64,000 bases of DNA from Camelus ferus (lineage: Eukaryota). Location of the stretch: assembly GCF_009834535.1 (NCBI RefSeq), contig NC_045696.1, forward strand, positions 22,632,001 through 22,696,000, read 5' to 3'. Of the stretch, positions 35,431 to 48,765 are shown one piece after another (the stretch's first letter is position 1; every line of letters begins with the position of its first letter). The notes beneath the pieces were generated by a model. That model worked only from the letters and a program-made list of their open reading frames with translations. It made no database searches and was not told where the DNA came from. Position numbers and translations under genes: made by a program.

Positions 35431-36188
35431 CCTTTCCTCTTCCTTCATATAATCACTTTCTTGTGTATGGTGGCCAATCTCAGCCTTCCAGAAGTTCTTT
35501 CTCATTTGGAAGCAGTCAGGCTCAATCTCTTTATATCTCTGTACCTATCCATCCATCTAATGTCTATCTATAATGTGCATACTCATGATGCTAATTTTTT
35601 ATGGTACCATCTAATTATAATAATACAAAAAATATTTCCTTCCATTTGGATAAGTTTCCTAAAGAGCTGATCTAGTGCTTTGAATTCTTCCTCATTTAAT
35701 TTTTGGCTAAGACCTGAGAATAACAGCACTTATTTCCATTTGAAAAGCTTCTAAGGCTACTGCTGCTAATGGACTCTGGTAGAAAATGGATGCTTGATCC
35801 TGTAAAATCCTGTGGTTATGCGAATTACACAGTCCAAGATAAACTGTATGTTCTCTGATTGACCCAAGCATAAAGCTGGATATGCAGAGCAGCATTACTT
35901 TATAAAATGGAGCTAATAGATTGAGTCCAAGCCAAGCTGCTCTGGGAGACACAGCAAACAGCACAAAGGGATGATTTACTTTAACATCTTACATGTTTCA
36001 CTGTTTTAGCACCACGGAGAAGGAAAAAGAATAAATCTGTCTTACTGGTAGGTAGATATGATTGTTATACCAGCACCAGCTGGAAGTAGACAGTGGTTAT
36101 AGTGGATGTCATGGCACACTGCACAGGTTCTCTCCTCTGGGACTGAAGTGCTTGTTTCTCCTGCTGCTAGGAGTCTTGGCAACCAACT

Positions 36189-37452
36189 GTTTTCTTTGTT
36201 TTAAATTGAAGTGCAGTCAGTTACAATGTATCAATTTCTGGTATACACCATAATGACCTAGTCATGTATATCTATACATATATTCATTTTCACATTGTTT
36301 TTCATTAAAGGTTATTACAAGATATTGAATATAGTTCCCTGTGCTATCCAGAAGAAACTTGAATTTTAAAATATATTTTTATATATAGTGGCTAACATTT
36401 GCAAATCTCAAACTCCCAAATTTATCCCTTCCCACCTCCTTTCCCCTGGTAACTATAAGATTGTTTAGTATGTCTGCAAATCTGTTTCTGTTTTGTAGAT
36501 GAGTTTATTAGTGTTCTCTCTCTTTTTTTTAGATTCCACATATGAGTGATATCTGTTTTTCTTTCTCTTTCTGGCTTATTTCACTTAGAATGACGATCTC
36601 TAGGTCCATCCATGACACTGCAAGTGGCATTGTTTTATTCTTTTTTATGGCTGAGTAGTATTCCATTGTATAAGTATACCACCACTTCTTTATCCAGTCA
36701 TCTGTCTATGGATATTTAGGTTGTTTCCGTGTCTTGGCTATTAAATAGTGCTGCTGTGAACATTGGGATGTGTGTATCTTTTCAAATTAGAGTTCCCTCC
36801 GGATATATACCCAGCAGTGGGATTGCTGGATCACATGGTAAGTCTATTTTTAGTTTTTTGAGGAATCTCCATACTGTTTCCCATAATGGCTGCACCAAAC
36901 TACATTCCCACCAGCAGCGTAGGAGGGTTGCTTTTTCTCCACATCTTTTCCAGCATTTATCGTTTGTGGACTTTTGAATGATGGCCATTCTGACTGGTGT
37001 GAGGTGAGACCTTATTGTAGTTTTGATTTGCATTTCTCTGATAATTAGCAAAACTGAGCATTTTTTTCATGTGCCTATTCACCATTTGTATGTCTCCATT
37101 GGAGAACTGCTTTTTAGATCTTCTGCCCATTTTTGGATTGGGTTGTTTTGTTGTTGTTGTTATTAAGTTGAATGAGTTGTTTATATATTCTGGAAATTAA
37201 GCCTTTGTCAGTTGCATCATTTGCAAGTATTTTTTTCCCAGTTCATAGGTTGCCATTTTGTTTTGCTTATGGTTTCTTTTAAGCTGTGCAAAAGCTTGTA
37301 AGTTCATTAAGTCCCATTTGTTAATTTTTGCTTTCATTTCTATTGCTTGGGTAGACTGCCCTAGGAGAACATTGTGAAGATTTAAGTCAGAAAATGTTTT
37401 GCCTATGTTTTCTCCTAGGAGGTTTATAGTGTCTTGTTTCATATTTAAGTCA
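36189..37452 (-). mobile_element. Lineage-specific 5'-truncated LINE-1 (~1.26 kb; ORF2 C-terminus + 3'UTR)
   Basis: ORF 36782..37051 [57 protein letters not shown] (L1 cysteine-rich domain); ORF 37197..37442 is also L1 ORF2. Confidence 0.95.
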
Positions 37453-37459
37453 AAATAAG

Positions 37460-39700
37460 TAACTTTTTCTGACTAACCTTATTTATTTGAATTTGGAGAT
37501 GCTTTATTCTGCTGAGTCAGTTGCTTTTGTCAACAAATTCTTGAAACTAGCAAGTAATAAACTATAAATTTTACATATCATGATAAAACATTATAATGAG
37601 GTCACAAATAATAAATTTTGAGACCATCTATATCTCTGTTGTCTCCTTTATAGTCATGCAAAATTTCTCATGTTTTTATTATAGTTGTCGTATATTATAT
37701 TGGAGTGTCACTTTGGTTATATATTTCAAAGGCAATTTCTTTTAATATGGAAAACATTCTAAAACTTTAAAAATGTAAATTTTAATCCTTTTAAAAGGGA
37801 AATAGTCAAGCTTGCATAATTTATTTTTGTAACTTTTGTTAAAGATATTAATAATTTTCAACAGTTAATATCAACTTCTTTTGAATTATGCAAATTCAGT
37901 GTTATTTTATTTTTCACCAAAGGACAAAATTTGCTTCGTTTGAGTTTCTTTGGTTGTTTTGCTAATTTTTTCAAGTACACTTTTTTATTTTGGATATTTT
38001 CAACAGCATTTAGTCAGCATTCCTATCATGCTTCCAAGAATGTTTATAAAATTGATATCTTTCTTCAAAATATCACATTTTTAGGCAGATTCAGAAATAT
38101 CACATATAGTCTTTGAATTCTTCCAAAGTATTTCATCATGTCTTTGGGTCCAGTTGCAGTCTTCTGATGACAAATTCGAACTATGTGCTTCACATGGCAT
38201 AAGAATGTTTCAGGATTATCCGCCAGAATTCTAGTTTGTAAAGCCTCCGCTTAATTAATCATTCTAATGACATTATCATACTGTTGTCCTCCGCAATCTT
38301 TTTACCCAAGGCTTAAAAATGCCAGTTGTTTTTTTCAGTTCTTCAATCAAAACATGTACTTTTTAAAATAACAAGTGTAAAAATATCAAAAGACTCATTA
38401 ATTTCAATCTTTTTACTTTCTTCCTCTTATAATTCAATAATATGCCCAATAAATGTCATTTTCAGCTTAGATTTTTTTCCTGTACAATCTGGCTGAACAG
38501 AAAAATAATATTAGCTTTTCAATTTTGTGTAGAATTTCTTCTCTTACTTTATTATCCATTAAGTTAATAATCTAATTTTGATTTCTCATTCTAAGTAGTG
38601 ATAATATTTTATTTTTTTAAATATATCTTATGTGTTTGGCCATTTTAACATCAATTTTGAAATAAATTCTACTAAATCAGAAAATTTTTATTATTTTCTG
38701 CAGCCACGGTACTATTTGTGGTTTGGAAAGCATCATTATGATTAGCTAATTATTGATCAAATTACATATTCTTTAAGAACATTATATTTTGCATTAGTGT
38801 TTATTTATATTTATTTAATACTATTGGCCATTTGCTATTTATTCATCCCCTTTTATTTAAGTTCTGGCAATTGAATGTGTGCCTTTTTTTTTTTTTCTGT
38901 GTAAATGAAGTTTCACATTATTTTTTAATCAAAAATCAAAGTGTTTTCAGTAAAAACTTTGGCCAAAACTGATCTTGAAAATTGTTTATAAAACATATAA
39001 CAACAACCTGAAACATAATATTCAAGTTCTGTACTTCCTTTCTTCATTTGAAATAATTTTGGTGTATAATGAAATATTAAATTCTCTACTATGTTCATCC
39101 AGTGGAAAAAAATCTCAGATTTTAAATTGAGTCAGATTGTGTTCAGCTAGAACCATTCTTATACTGTGAAAGGGTGCAATATCCATTTTCCAGGATCATA
39201 ATTTAATAAACATACTAAAACTAGAGGTTTTACTTTTCTTTTCTCAACTTCATGTTTTTCTGAACCTCATTTTTGTTATCTTTTAAATAGCAGGCCAGAA
39301 TTGCATTGTTGCAGATCTGATATAAAAATTCTTTCTCAGTCTCATTGTTTTGATCAGTAATAAAATATTTATTAAATCATTAGAAGTTGCAGTGATTTTA
39401 TTTAATCTGTTCTAGTTGTTAATCTGATGAGAATGATTATATTGCTCATTCTCATTGTTTTGATCAGTAGTTATAACTTTTTAAAATAAAAATTTTTAAT
39501 GTTCTGTTTCTAAGTTTTGTGTTGAGCCAGCTACCTTTCATTATTTCCGTTTTTAAAAACTAAAGCAATTCTCTTTGAAGATATTATGTTTCTTTTATTT
39601 TTTCAGATTTTTATCTTTTTTTGGTTCTGCATTTCTATTTTATATTTCTATCAAGATATCAACTTGTACTCATTCATAGTATCAGAGAGATTGCAAATTA
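37460..39700 (-). mobile_element. Fossil hAT-Tip100 (Zaphod-like) DNA transposon with decayed transposase
   Basis: Manual minus-strand translation across frameshifts: NYDPGKW (~39195); PLDEHSREFNISLYTKIISNEERKYRT (~39030-39105); LANHNDAFQTTNSTVAAENNKNFL (~38680-38750); YYFSVQPDCT (38481-38510); DCGGQQYDN (~38272-38298); LQTRILADNPETF..PCEAHSSNL (~38170-38245); YFGRIQRLYVIF (~38095-38130). Confidence 0.85.
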
Positions 39701-40524
39701 AATACATTAGTACAAATTGATAAAATTTGAACATATTTTAGTAAAAATATTAAGTAAATGTAAAAATGATATATTAAAATTAATTAATTAAAAATCTATT
39801 AAATGTAAAAGGAAAGTTATAATGAACAAATATGAACATTTTAAGGAAAAAATGTTTAAATCTAATAATTTTGTTTTCATTTTTTGGAAAATTTAATTAA
39901 ATCATAATTTTAAAAAATAAAAAACTTCATAAAAATGTAACTATTAGCCATGCTAGAATTCAATGTCCATCTATCTGGAAATATAAAAATCAATATTACT
40001 GTTCAAGCATATTATTCTAAACACACTTAAATAGGAGTTTAAGAGCAGTAAATTGTAAAATATTGTCAAATGTTCCCTAGTCACTATTACAACTGCTGCA
40101 AATACAGCACTAATTTGTAAGTACCTCACACAAACTGATATATAAAGAAAAAAGAATGGATATTTGGCACTACTGGGAAATCACATTTTGTAACACAAGA
40201 ATTTATTGCATTCATGAGATCTGAGGGGAAAGATTTGAAATTGTGTCTGAGTTTTCCTTTCCTAAGCTCTTCTGTCATTCAGATCCTCATAACTTCCCGT
40301 CCCATCTTTGGAGTAACACAACCCAGAGACTTCGACAACACTGGGATGCAACTGCCTTTGTTTAGAGCACATAGAGCCCTGATCAAAAGTATGTCTGGGG
40401 TTACTAATCCATCTTTCCAGGGCTGAGGGCCAAATCCTGAGGGAAGGAGGCTTCTTTACCATAATGTGTGAATGTGCTTGTGGTTCCCAGTGCTCCCTAG
40501 AGGTGTGGGGGCCCCGTCTCCCTG

Positions 40525-40881
40525 AATCTTACCTTATTTGATAGTGCTTTTCAGATACGTTGTTTCTTAAAAATTGAAGGTTTGTGGCAACCCTACATCA
40601 AATAAGTCCATCAGAGCCATTTTTCCAGCAGCATTTGCTCACTTCATGTGTCTGTGTCACATTTTGGTAATTCTCACTGTATTTCAAACTTTGTCATCAT
40701 TATTATTGTATTTGTTATGATTATCTGTGATCAGTGATCTTTAATATTACTATTGCAAAAAGATTATGACTTGCTGAAGGCTCAGATGATGATTACTATT
40801 TTTTAGCAACAAAGTATTTTTTCTTGAATTATAGTTAATTTACAATATTGTTAGTTTCATGTGTACAGCAAAGTGATTTAG

Positions 40882-40934
<53 letters not shown>

Positions 40935-41944
40935 TACTTTGTAGATTCTTTTCCATTATAGGTTGTTATAAGATATTGAATATAGTTCCCTGTGCTATGC
41001 AGTAAATCCTTATTGTTTATCTATTTATATATAGTAATGTATTTCCATTAATCTCATAGTTCTAATTTATCCCTTCCTCTTGCTTTCTCCTTTGGTAACC
41101 ATAAGTTTGTTCTCTAGGTCTGTGAGTCTGTTTCTCTTTTATAAATAAGTTCATTTGTATTATTTTTAGATTCTACATATAAGTGATATCATATGATATT
41201 TGTCTTTCTCTTTCTGACTTACTTCACTTTTTATGATAATCTCTAGGTCCATCCATGTTGCTGCAAATGGCATTATCTCATTCTTTTTTTGTGGCTGAGT
41301 AATATTCCATTATATAGATACATGTATACATTTATTTATATATGTGTATATATAACATATACATTTATTTATATATGCATATACATATATACACACACAC
41401 ACACGTATCACATTTTCTTTATCCATTCCCCTGTTGATGGACACGTAGGTTGTCTTGGCTATTGTAAATAGTGCTGCTATGAACGTTGGGGTCCATGTAT
41501 CTTTTTGAATTAGAGTTTTTGTCTTTTTTGTATATATGCTTAGGAGTGGGATTGCTGGATCATATGGTAACTCTATTTTTACTTTTTAAAGAAACCTCTA
41601 TACTGTTCTCCATAGTGGCTGCTCCAATTTACATTCCCACCAGTAGTGTAGGAGGGTTCCCTTTTCTCCACACCTTATCCAGCATTTATTATTTGTAGAC
41701 TTTTTGATGATGGCCATTCTGACCAGTATGAGGTGACACCTCATGGTAGTTTTGATAGCAATAAAGTAATTTTAAATCAAAGTATGTGCATTTTTTTAGA
41801 CATAATGCTCTTGCATAGTGTAGTGTAAACATAACTTTTACACAAACTGGGAAACCAACAAATTTGTGTCACTTGCTTTATTGTGATATTTGCTTTATTA
41901 CAGTTGTCTGGAACAAAACTCACAATATCTCCGAAGTGTGCCTG
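40525..41944 (+). mobile_element. Internally deleted Tigger1 derivative, split by L1
   Basis: aaattgaaggtttgtggcaaccct; caaaaagattatgacttgctgaaggctcagatgat; terminal cacaatatctccgaagtgtgcctg followed by TA. Confidence 0.9.
40821..41755 (-). mobile_element. 5'-truncated LINE-1 3' end inserted in Tigger1; contains (TA)n at ~40884-40930
   Basis: L1 3'UTR/ORF2-end phrasing; TSD tagcaacaaagtatttt (40804-40820) versus tagcaataaagtaattt (41756-41772). Confidence 0.9.
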
Positions 41945-41959
41945 TACTCCCAATGATAT

Positions 41960-42570
41960 CTCATTTTTAAATCCAGTGCTGTGTCTGTATTTTATTTCCT
42001 CAGCCTCTCTGTCACAAGCCATACAACATTAACTCCCTCTGCATTCTTGAAAATCTCATTTCATCATACTCTTCTACTGCTCCAAATATCTGTTTGTTTA
42101 TTCTAACCCCTCTTACTCTAGGCAGACCTTATATACATTCTACCAAATTTCCTTCCTCGACTCTTCTTTGTTTTTATACTCTCACTGACTTCAACTGTCA
42201 TCTGTAAGGAGATGACACCCAAAAGTATATCCTAAGCTTGAGTATTACATTTACGGTTGTGTGTTGAACACCCAGACACCTCTTGCTGGATGTCACATGA
42301 GCACCCCAACATGGTACTTCCAAAGTTGACCATATTATTCTCCTCAACATGATATTACTTATTGCAAATTCTGTATCTGTTAAAGGCATTACTAATCTCC
42401 TACTCATCGAGGGTTGAAAAGTCAGACAACTTTGGCCACTACCCCTCTCATTGTTCTTCATCCAATCAATTTCCTGATGTTGTTGCCTTGATTCCTGGAA
42501 TTTTTCTTATATCTATCTCCTTTTCTCCACTGCCCTCTTTTACTCACCGTACATTAGTCACCATTTAATG
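41960..42570 (+). mobile_element. L2 fragment
   Basis: Pyrimidine-rich; gatgacacccaaaagtatatcc; tggatgtcacatgagcacccc; tctccactgcc. Confidence 0.6.
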
Positions 42571-42845
42571 ACGACTGGCTTTATATGTAACTAAAATGTG
42601 TTTTATGTGAAAGTGATGACATTTATAGTTTCTTTTATAATACCAGGGTAACTCAGTTATTCAAGGTACAACTTTTGAAAAAAATTCTTCAAGTACAAGT
42701 TGGCTATCAAATTTTTTTATATCATCATGCTTTTATTCTTTCAAGTAGTCGGTCATAATCTGGCCCAAATAATTAAATGTTTTACTATAGCAAACTTAAA
42801 AGTGAACATCTATATGATAAACCCTACGAACTAAATACTCTAAAA

Positions 42846-43990
42846 TGGGTGTTGGTAAACTTTTTCATGGAAAGTGCCAAAATGTTAATATCCCAGGTGC
42901 TATAGACCACACAGTGTCTGTCACAACACTGAACCCTGCCATTATAGCACAAAAGCAGCCAGCGATTATATCTAAATAAGCTGTATTTCAGTAAAACTTT
43001 GTTTATGACTATTTAGAGTCCACATATAGGAGAGATCATACAGTATTTGTCTTTTTGTGTCTAGCTATTTCACTTGGCATAAGGTCTGTTAGATCCATGC
43101 ATGTTGTCACAAATGGCAGGATTTCCTTCTTTGTTCTAAGGCCGAATAATAGTCCATTGAGTATATTAACCACATTTTCTTTATCCATTCATCCATCAAT
43201 GATTATTTAGGCTACCAAGAATAATGCTGTCATGGTCGTGGGAATGCAAGTATCTCTTCAAGATCCTAATTTCAGTTTCTTTGGATAAATTCCCAGAAGT
43301 GGGATTAGTGGATCATATGGTAGTTCTATTCTAAATTTTTTAGGGAACCTCCACACTAGTTTCCATAATAGCTCTACCAATTTACATTCCCACCAACAGT
43401 GTATGGTCTTGCTTTTATGAGGACTCTAAAAAAAAAATCTAACTCATAGAAGCAGAGAGTAGAATGATGATTTCCACGGGCTTGGGGGAGGGCACAGAGG
43501 CTGGTGATGGTCAAAGGCTACAAAATTTCAGCTCTGCAAGATAAGTAAGTTCTGGAGATATACTATACTGCATGGTGCTTATAGCTAACACTGCTATGTT
43601 GTATGCTTAAAATTTTCTGAAAGAGCAGATCTTGTGTTAAGTGGTCTTACCACACAAACATAAGGATATTAAAACCAAAGGGGCCAGGGGATACACTGGG
43701 AGGTAATGGTATTGATGGTGGTGACAGTTTCACAGGTGTATACTTATCTCCAGACTCATCAAGTTGTATACATAAAATATATGCATGTCAGTTATAACTT
43801 AGTAATGAATTTTAAAAGCACCTTTACTTATGGACACCGAAATCTCAATTTTACATAATTTTTATGTCACAGAATATTATTCTACTTTTGTTGATTTTTT
43901 TTAAACATTGAAAAGTTTAAAAATCATTCTTAGCTTTCTGGCTGTACAAAACAGGGTGGTCCAGATTTGGCCCATGGTTTGCCATCCCTG
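42846..43990 (+). mobile_element. MER58B split by an inverted L1
   Basis: 5' gggtgttggtaaactttt...ccattatagcacaaaagcagcc; 3' ggacaccgaaatctcaattttacataattttt...gatttggcccatggtttgccatccctg. Confidence 0.85.
43010..43817 (+). mobile_element. LINE-1 (L1MA/L1MB-type) with 5' inversion: antisense 43010-43403, sense 43404-43817
   Basis: Antisense ORF2 end (gatcatacagtatttgtc...cattcccaccaacagtgta) abuts sense 3'UTR (aactcatagaagcagagagtagaatg...ctcatcaagttgtatac). Confidence 0.85.
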
Positions 43991-44099
43991 CTTTTAAAAT
44001 AAGCATTTTTGAAATTCAAAAATCCCAATTCTTATTTCCCGAAGAAGCCTAAAAATGAATATAAAGGGGCACATACTTTTACTTTCCAAAGAAATTACA

Positions 44100-44640
44100 T
44101 ATTTATTAATTCATTTGTTTTTGAAAAATAGCATGAAATATGCCAGTAGGTACTGGATAAAGTTTGTTGGGAGATGCAAAGATAAATAAGATGCAAACTT
44201 TGCTCTTTTAGAATTCATACTCTATTAGAGGGCAAAGCAATGAAGCAAATAGCTATAAAATAAAACAGCATAAGATAAAAACTGCTTATGGAATTAAAAA
44301 AAAATCCTAAAGAAACCCAGGACAGTGATTGACTGATTGGGAGAAAATAAAATATGTCATGGTAATGTTATTTAAGTTAGGACTTTGAAGAGTGACTAAA
44401 ACCATGATGGGTAGTGATGGGTCTCGAATCAGAGGAAGTCATGTCATGAAGCTTGGGGATACTAGACAGCCTTGGTTGAGAGCAGGGGTTAGTGTTGAGC
44501 AGACACATTTGGAAGGATGTAAGTTTGGAAATGTTGAGATCAGGGTTTTAAAATTCAGACTGATAATTTAGATTTTATTCTTTCTGCAAAGGGATTCACT
44601 AAAGGATATCAAGGAGAATATGTCAAAGATTCCATTTCAA
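44100..44640 (-). mobile_element. L2 fragment
   Basis: attcatttg...tatgccagtaggtactgg...ggagatgcaaagataaataagatg. Confidence 0.55.
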
Positions 44641-47119
44641 GTCAGTTTCCTTTATGGTGGTGATTAAGTCAGGAATCTAATCTTTGGGCAATGATGGAAA
44701 TTCTAAAAAACTGGGCTTAGATGTTATTATAGAAATTTGTTTTAGAATCCACACAAAAACATTGTTTTTAAGCCAAATGAAGAAGGTTAATTGACCTAGA
44801 GTTTAAAATGTCAATTCCTTCTTAAAGCTTTGAAGATTTGCTAGAAGACAACTTTTTTTCTTGAATTTATTTCACTATTGATTCTTATAGCTGCAATTAG
44901 CACGTATATGTCAATGTTATACTTTAATATACAGTGTACTAAGCAGCCATTTCTTCTCAACCTTACTTACTACATCTTATACACATTATGAAATAAATTC
45001 TTGGCCACAGTTCAATTTTTAGTTTGTAGATCTCATACTTTTCTGAAATTAGTAAAAAAGAAAAAATTCCAGTTCGACTGGGTTGTATATAAACTAAGGG
45101 CAAGTGGATGACAATGTGAATGACTAATTCTTTCTAATTGACTTATTGAACTGTGCATTTCCATCTCCTCTTTGTTATTTGTATTACATAAGAAAATTTG
45201 TCAATACACACATATATGAGTTAAGAAACGAAACCAAAGACCATGAAAAAGGAAGTCATAACTGGAGGTAAAAACCAAATTGCATTGCGGGATTTGAATG
45301 TTTCTTATTAATCTATGGCATTTCAGAATTATATGTTGTACTGTTTTAGAGCCGTTGTTTGACAAGGGCATTAGGAAGAAGTGACACTCCCTCATGATTT
45401 AAATAACATTCATGTTTCACATTTAAAGATTTATACGTTTTAAAAATTCTACTGAATAAAAATGGCAAACGACTGCTTTGACATTTAATGATTGCTTGTC
45501 TATTATATGCATTTTTGTAATAGTGCCCAGGTCATAAGAATTAATGCAAACATCCTTCAGATAAATTTCTTTTTAATTCCTAAGAGTTAATAATAGAAAA
45601 AGCTAAGAAAAGACTATGATGTTTATATTTCATCTATCTCATATTAAGAGTAATAGGAGCACACATTTCATAATTCCAGCAATATTATAAGATACAACAG
45701 TGATTCTTAGACTACAAACAGGTTATTTCTTCAAATTTTTGCTATCTGCCAGCAGAGTTTCCTTGTTAAAAGAAGGGAAAGTCAAAGCGGAATGGCTGCT
45801 TTCTAGAAAGGTAGAAAAGACAGGTTCTTTCTTTAAAAGTTTATCTCTGTATTTTTATCAGAAGCTCTTTCATCTTATGTTAAATTATGCTTACCGTTCA
45901 TTTCACACTCAGAAGAGAAAACTACTCCTTCAAAATATATTTGGAAAATGGCTGTTTGTAGGGAAGGAACTTGGTTGTTTACAACATGACCCCAATCCAT
46001 CAAGAGCCCTACATTAAGAAAGTAGATACAAAATGTACAAAAATAGCAACAGTGTAAATTAGTTCTTGCAATGACCCATTTAGTTAATCTGATTATTTGA
46101 TATTACCAAATAAAATCCTGTAGTTAAATTCTTACCACCTTTATCTATTTGCTCATTAAAGACCTGAGTGGATTATGTTGAATACCTTCCAACAAATAAA
46201 CAGCATTTCAGACTGCTGCTCTTGGCAGTCGACAGCCAATAGTTTTATTAAAACCTTCATAGCTGTATTTCAGCAAAGGAGAGCTTTAGTGATGTCTCCA
46301 ATCACAATTCTCACATCACCTTTGTGTCACTTATTTTTATTTTCCAAGCTGAATTTACATTGAGCATTATGAAGAGTATGTGAGGGGATAGAAAAGTAAA
46401 ATAATGAGAAAATAAAGACTATATTGAAAATTCTCTCTAAAATGTTAGGGAAAAAAAGTTCTTTAGTGAGGTACTTTAATTTTCAGATTCACTAAAGGTA
46501 TTTTTTTGTTGAAGAAATTATCTCAACTTTAACCTTAAATCCATTATTAATGGATATAGTGGAGGACTTTGCTTGCTACAGTAAAATTTGTCTCCAAATG
46601 TTCTTTTAGAGTCTTAGAAGGTACACTTTTGATAATTTATTACCTTATTATTTTTTATTGTTATATTTGTCTCACATCAAATGTATTACATTAGCACTAT
46701 GATTTATACTCACAATGTTTATAGTACTTTAGAGATTTTTCTATAATCAATATGGCTAGTACATTTTATGTGGCTTCAAGCATAATTTTTAAATTATAAA
46801 TGTTTTAAAGGCTTTAGAGAGTTATACAATATATCCTTGCTTTTTGAAATAGTGTTCAATATAGATCAATAATGCAATCTATGTCTAAAATCCTTCATTT
46901 TTTAAAAATAAGAGTAGGAAAAGACACATGTAAATCATAAATTTGGAAAATTAATACTTAGGAGGAAGTGAGTAATGAAGATAATAGAATCAGAAAGTTT
47001 CGAGGAGTGAAATTATAAATCTAAGTAAATTTTTAATTGTAAGTAAGTTCAAAAATTGATTCTAAAAAATAGTCAGTTAAATATATGATTGCAATCAGGC
47101 AAAAAAAGAGCAAAAGCCA

Positions 47120-47423
47120 TTCACAAACACACCCCTCAAATTTTTGAAAATGAGAGGGTATGTGTGAAAACTGAAGAGGAGATTACAAATACACATTTGA
47201 GAGTTTCCTTGACTTGGATAGGTTATGGATAAACATGTAGTATTAAAATGAAGCCAAGAAGGAATAGATAACTAAATATAATAATAACCTTGGAGGAGGC
47301 TTTAAAAATTCATCAAAAATCTACTTCGATAAAATGTTCTGGGCCCAGATATTGTTGGATAAAATTATATTCAAACTTTTATTGCAGCATTCTCTAAAAT
47401 TGTTTTATACACACAAATGTGCG

Positions 47424-47465
<42 letters not shown>

Positions 47466-47920
47466 GGAGAGGCTTCAAACTGCTTTTACAAAGCTAGTGT
47501 AACCGATATCAAAACCTGTCAAACACTGTCAAAAGTAAGAAAACTCCTCAGTAATCACACTTACAGAGAATAGAATAATCCTAAATACTTCTGACCTCAA
47601 CATAAATTTCATTCTTCAAGCATTCTCTGAGATAACTGATTGTGCCTATTTGTAAAAATGCTTATAAAAAACATTATCCTGAGTATGTGAAAACAAATGC
47701 AGTAAATATATAAAAGTCAATATATATATTCATGGAAAAATTTAAAAAGCATACAGAGCATGCAAAATATATAATGTATGTCTTAATAGGTACGAAAAAC
47801 CAGAAAGCTAACATTTAGTTTATCTGTAAGATGGGATTGCACCTGATTTCATTTTTCATTCTTGCTGGAAATTCTTTGCAATTCTTAGTCATTTCTGTTG
47901 TTATAAAGTACGTAAATAAA
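47120..47920 (+). mobile_element. Old L1 fragments with (CA)n at ~47427-47463
   Basis: aaagctagtgtaaccgatatcaaaacctgtcaaa is L1 ORF2-like; the CA repeat is directly visible. Confidence 0.5.
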
Positions 47921-48364
47921 TCATTCATATTACTATTATGATGTTCATCTTATGGAAAAATATAATCCAGAGTGTTGCATGATTTTTAGGAACTCATAAT
48001 GATAAAAATGACTGCCCATGAGTTAGGTTTTGTTTTGTTCTTGTGTTGTGCTGTGCCTCTCTGAGGAAGACTCGCTGCTAACTGGGGCTTCCAAAAATTC
48101 TTTGTGCTACTTATGTGCCTGAGGGTAACCTGTGAGGGAGAAGGAAAGTCTACTAGGGGAGAATGGAATCACCAGTCACCCAAGGGGGTGGATGCCAACA
48201 CAGCAGCTCCGGATTATGTCGCCCTCTGGCTGTTCACTGACAGTTACAACCAACAATTGTGTTTTCAGCCTCCACTGACTGGGAATGACTCACTGACAGC
48301 TCTTTGATTCCACCTTTCCTTGCTCCTTACTATTTCCACTTAATGTTATTTTTTTCAGTTTTAG

Positions 48365-48765
48365 ATGTTACTATTTTTATTTAAATTGCTAACACATACA
48401 TATGGTAAAATGAAAAGAAATCAAAAGTTACAAAGTGACATATTGTGTAAAAGAGAGTTGTCCTCCTTGCCTAAGTCCGTCATATCTCTCCTCAGTGGCA
48501 GCCTTGCTTTCCAGTTTTCTGTATATTGTTCCAGTGATGTTCTCTGCACCTATAAGCTTGTAGGTATGTATCTTTCTGAGAAAATTAATGTTAGCATGTT
48601 ATCACACTATTTGACATCTTTAAAAAATTTTAACAGTGCATATTGGAGGTTTTTCCCATATTAAGTCATGTAGAATTGCCTGACTTTTAGTAATGACTGC
48701 CTATTGTTTTATTGAATGGCTACACAGTAATATATTTAACTAGTTATTTATGGAGGACATTTAGA
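48365..48765 (-). mobile_element. L1ME-type 3' end
   Basis: aacacatacatatggtaaaatg...taatgactgcctattgttttattgaatggctacacagtaatatatttaac...ggacatttag. Confidence 0.6.
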
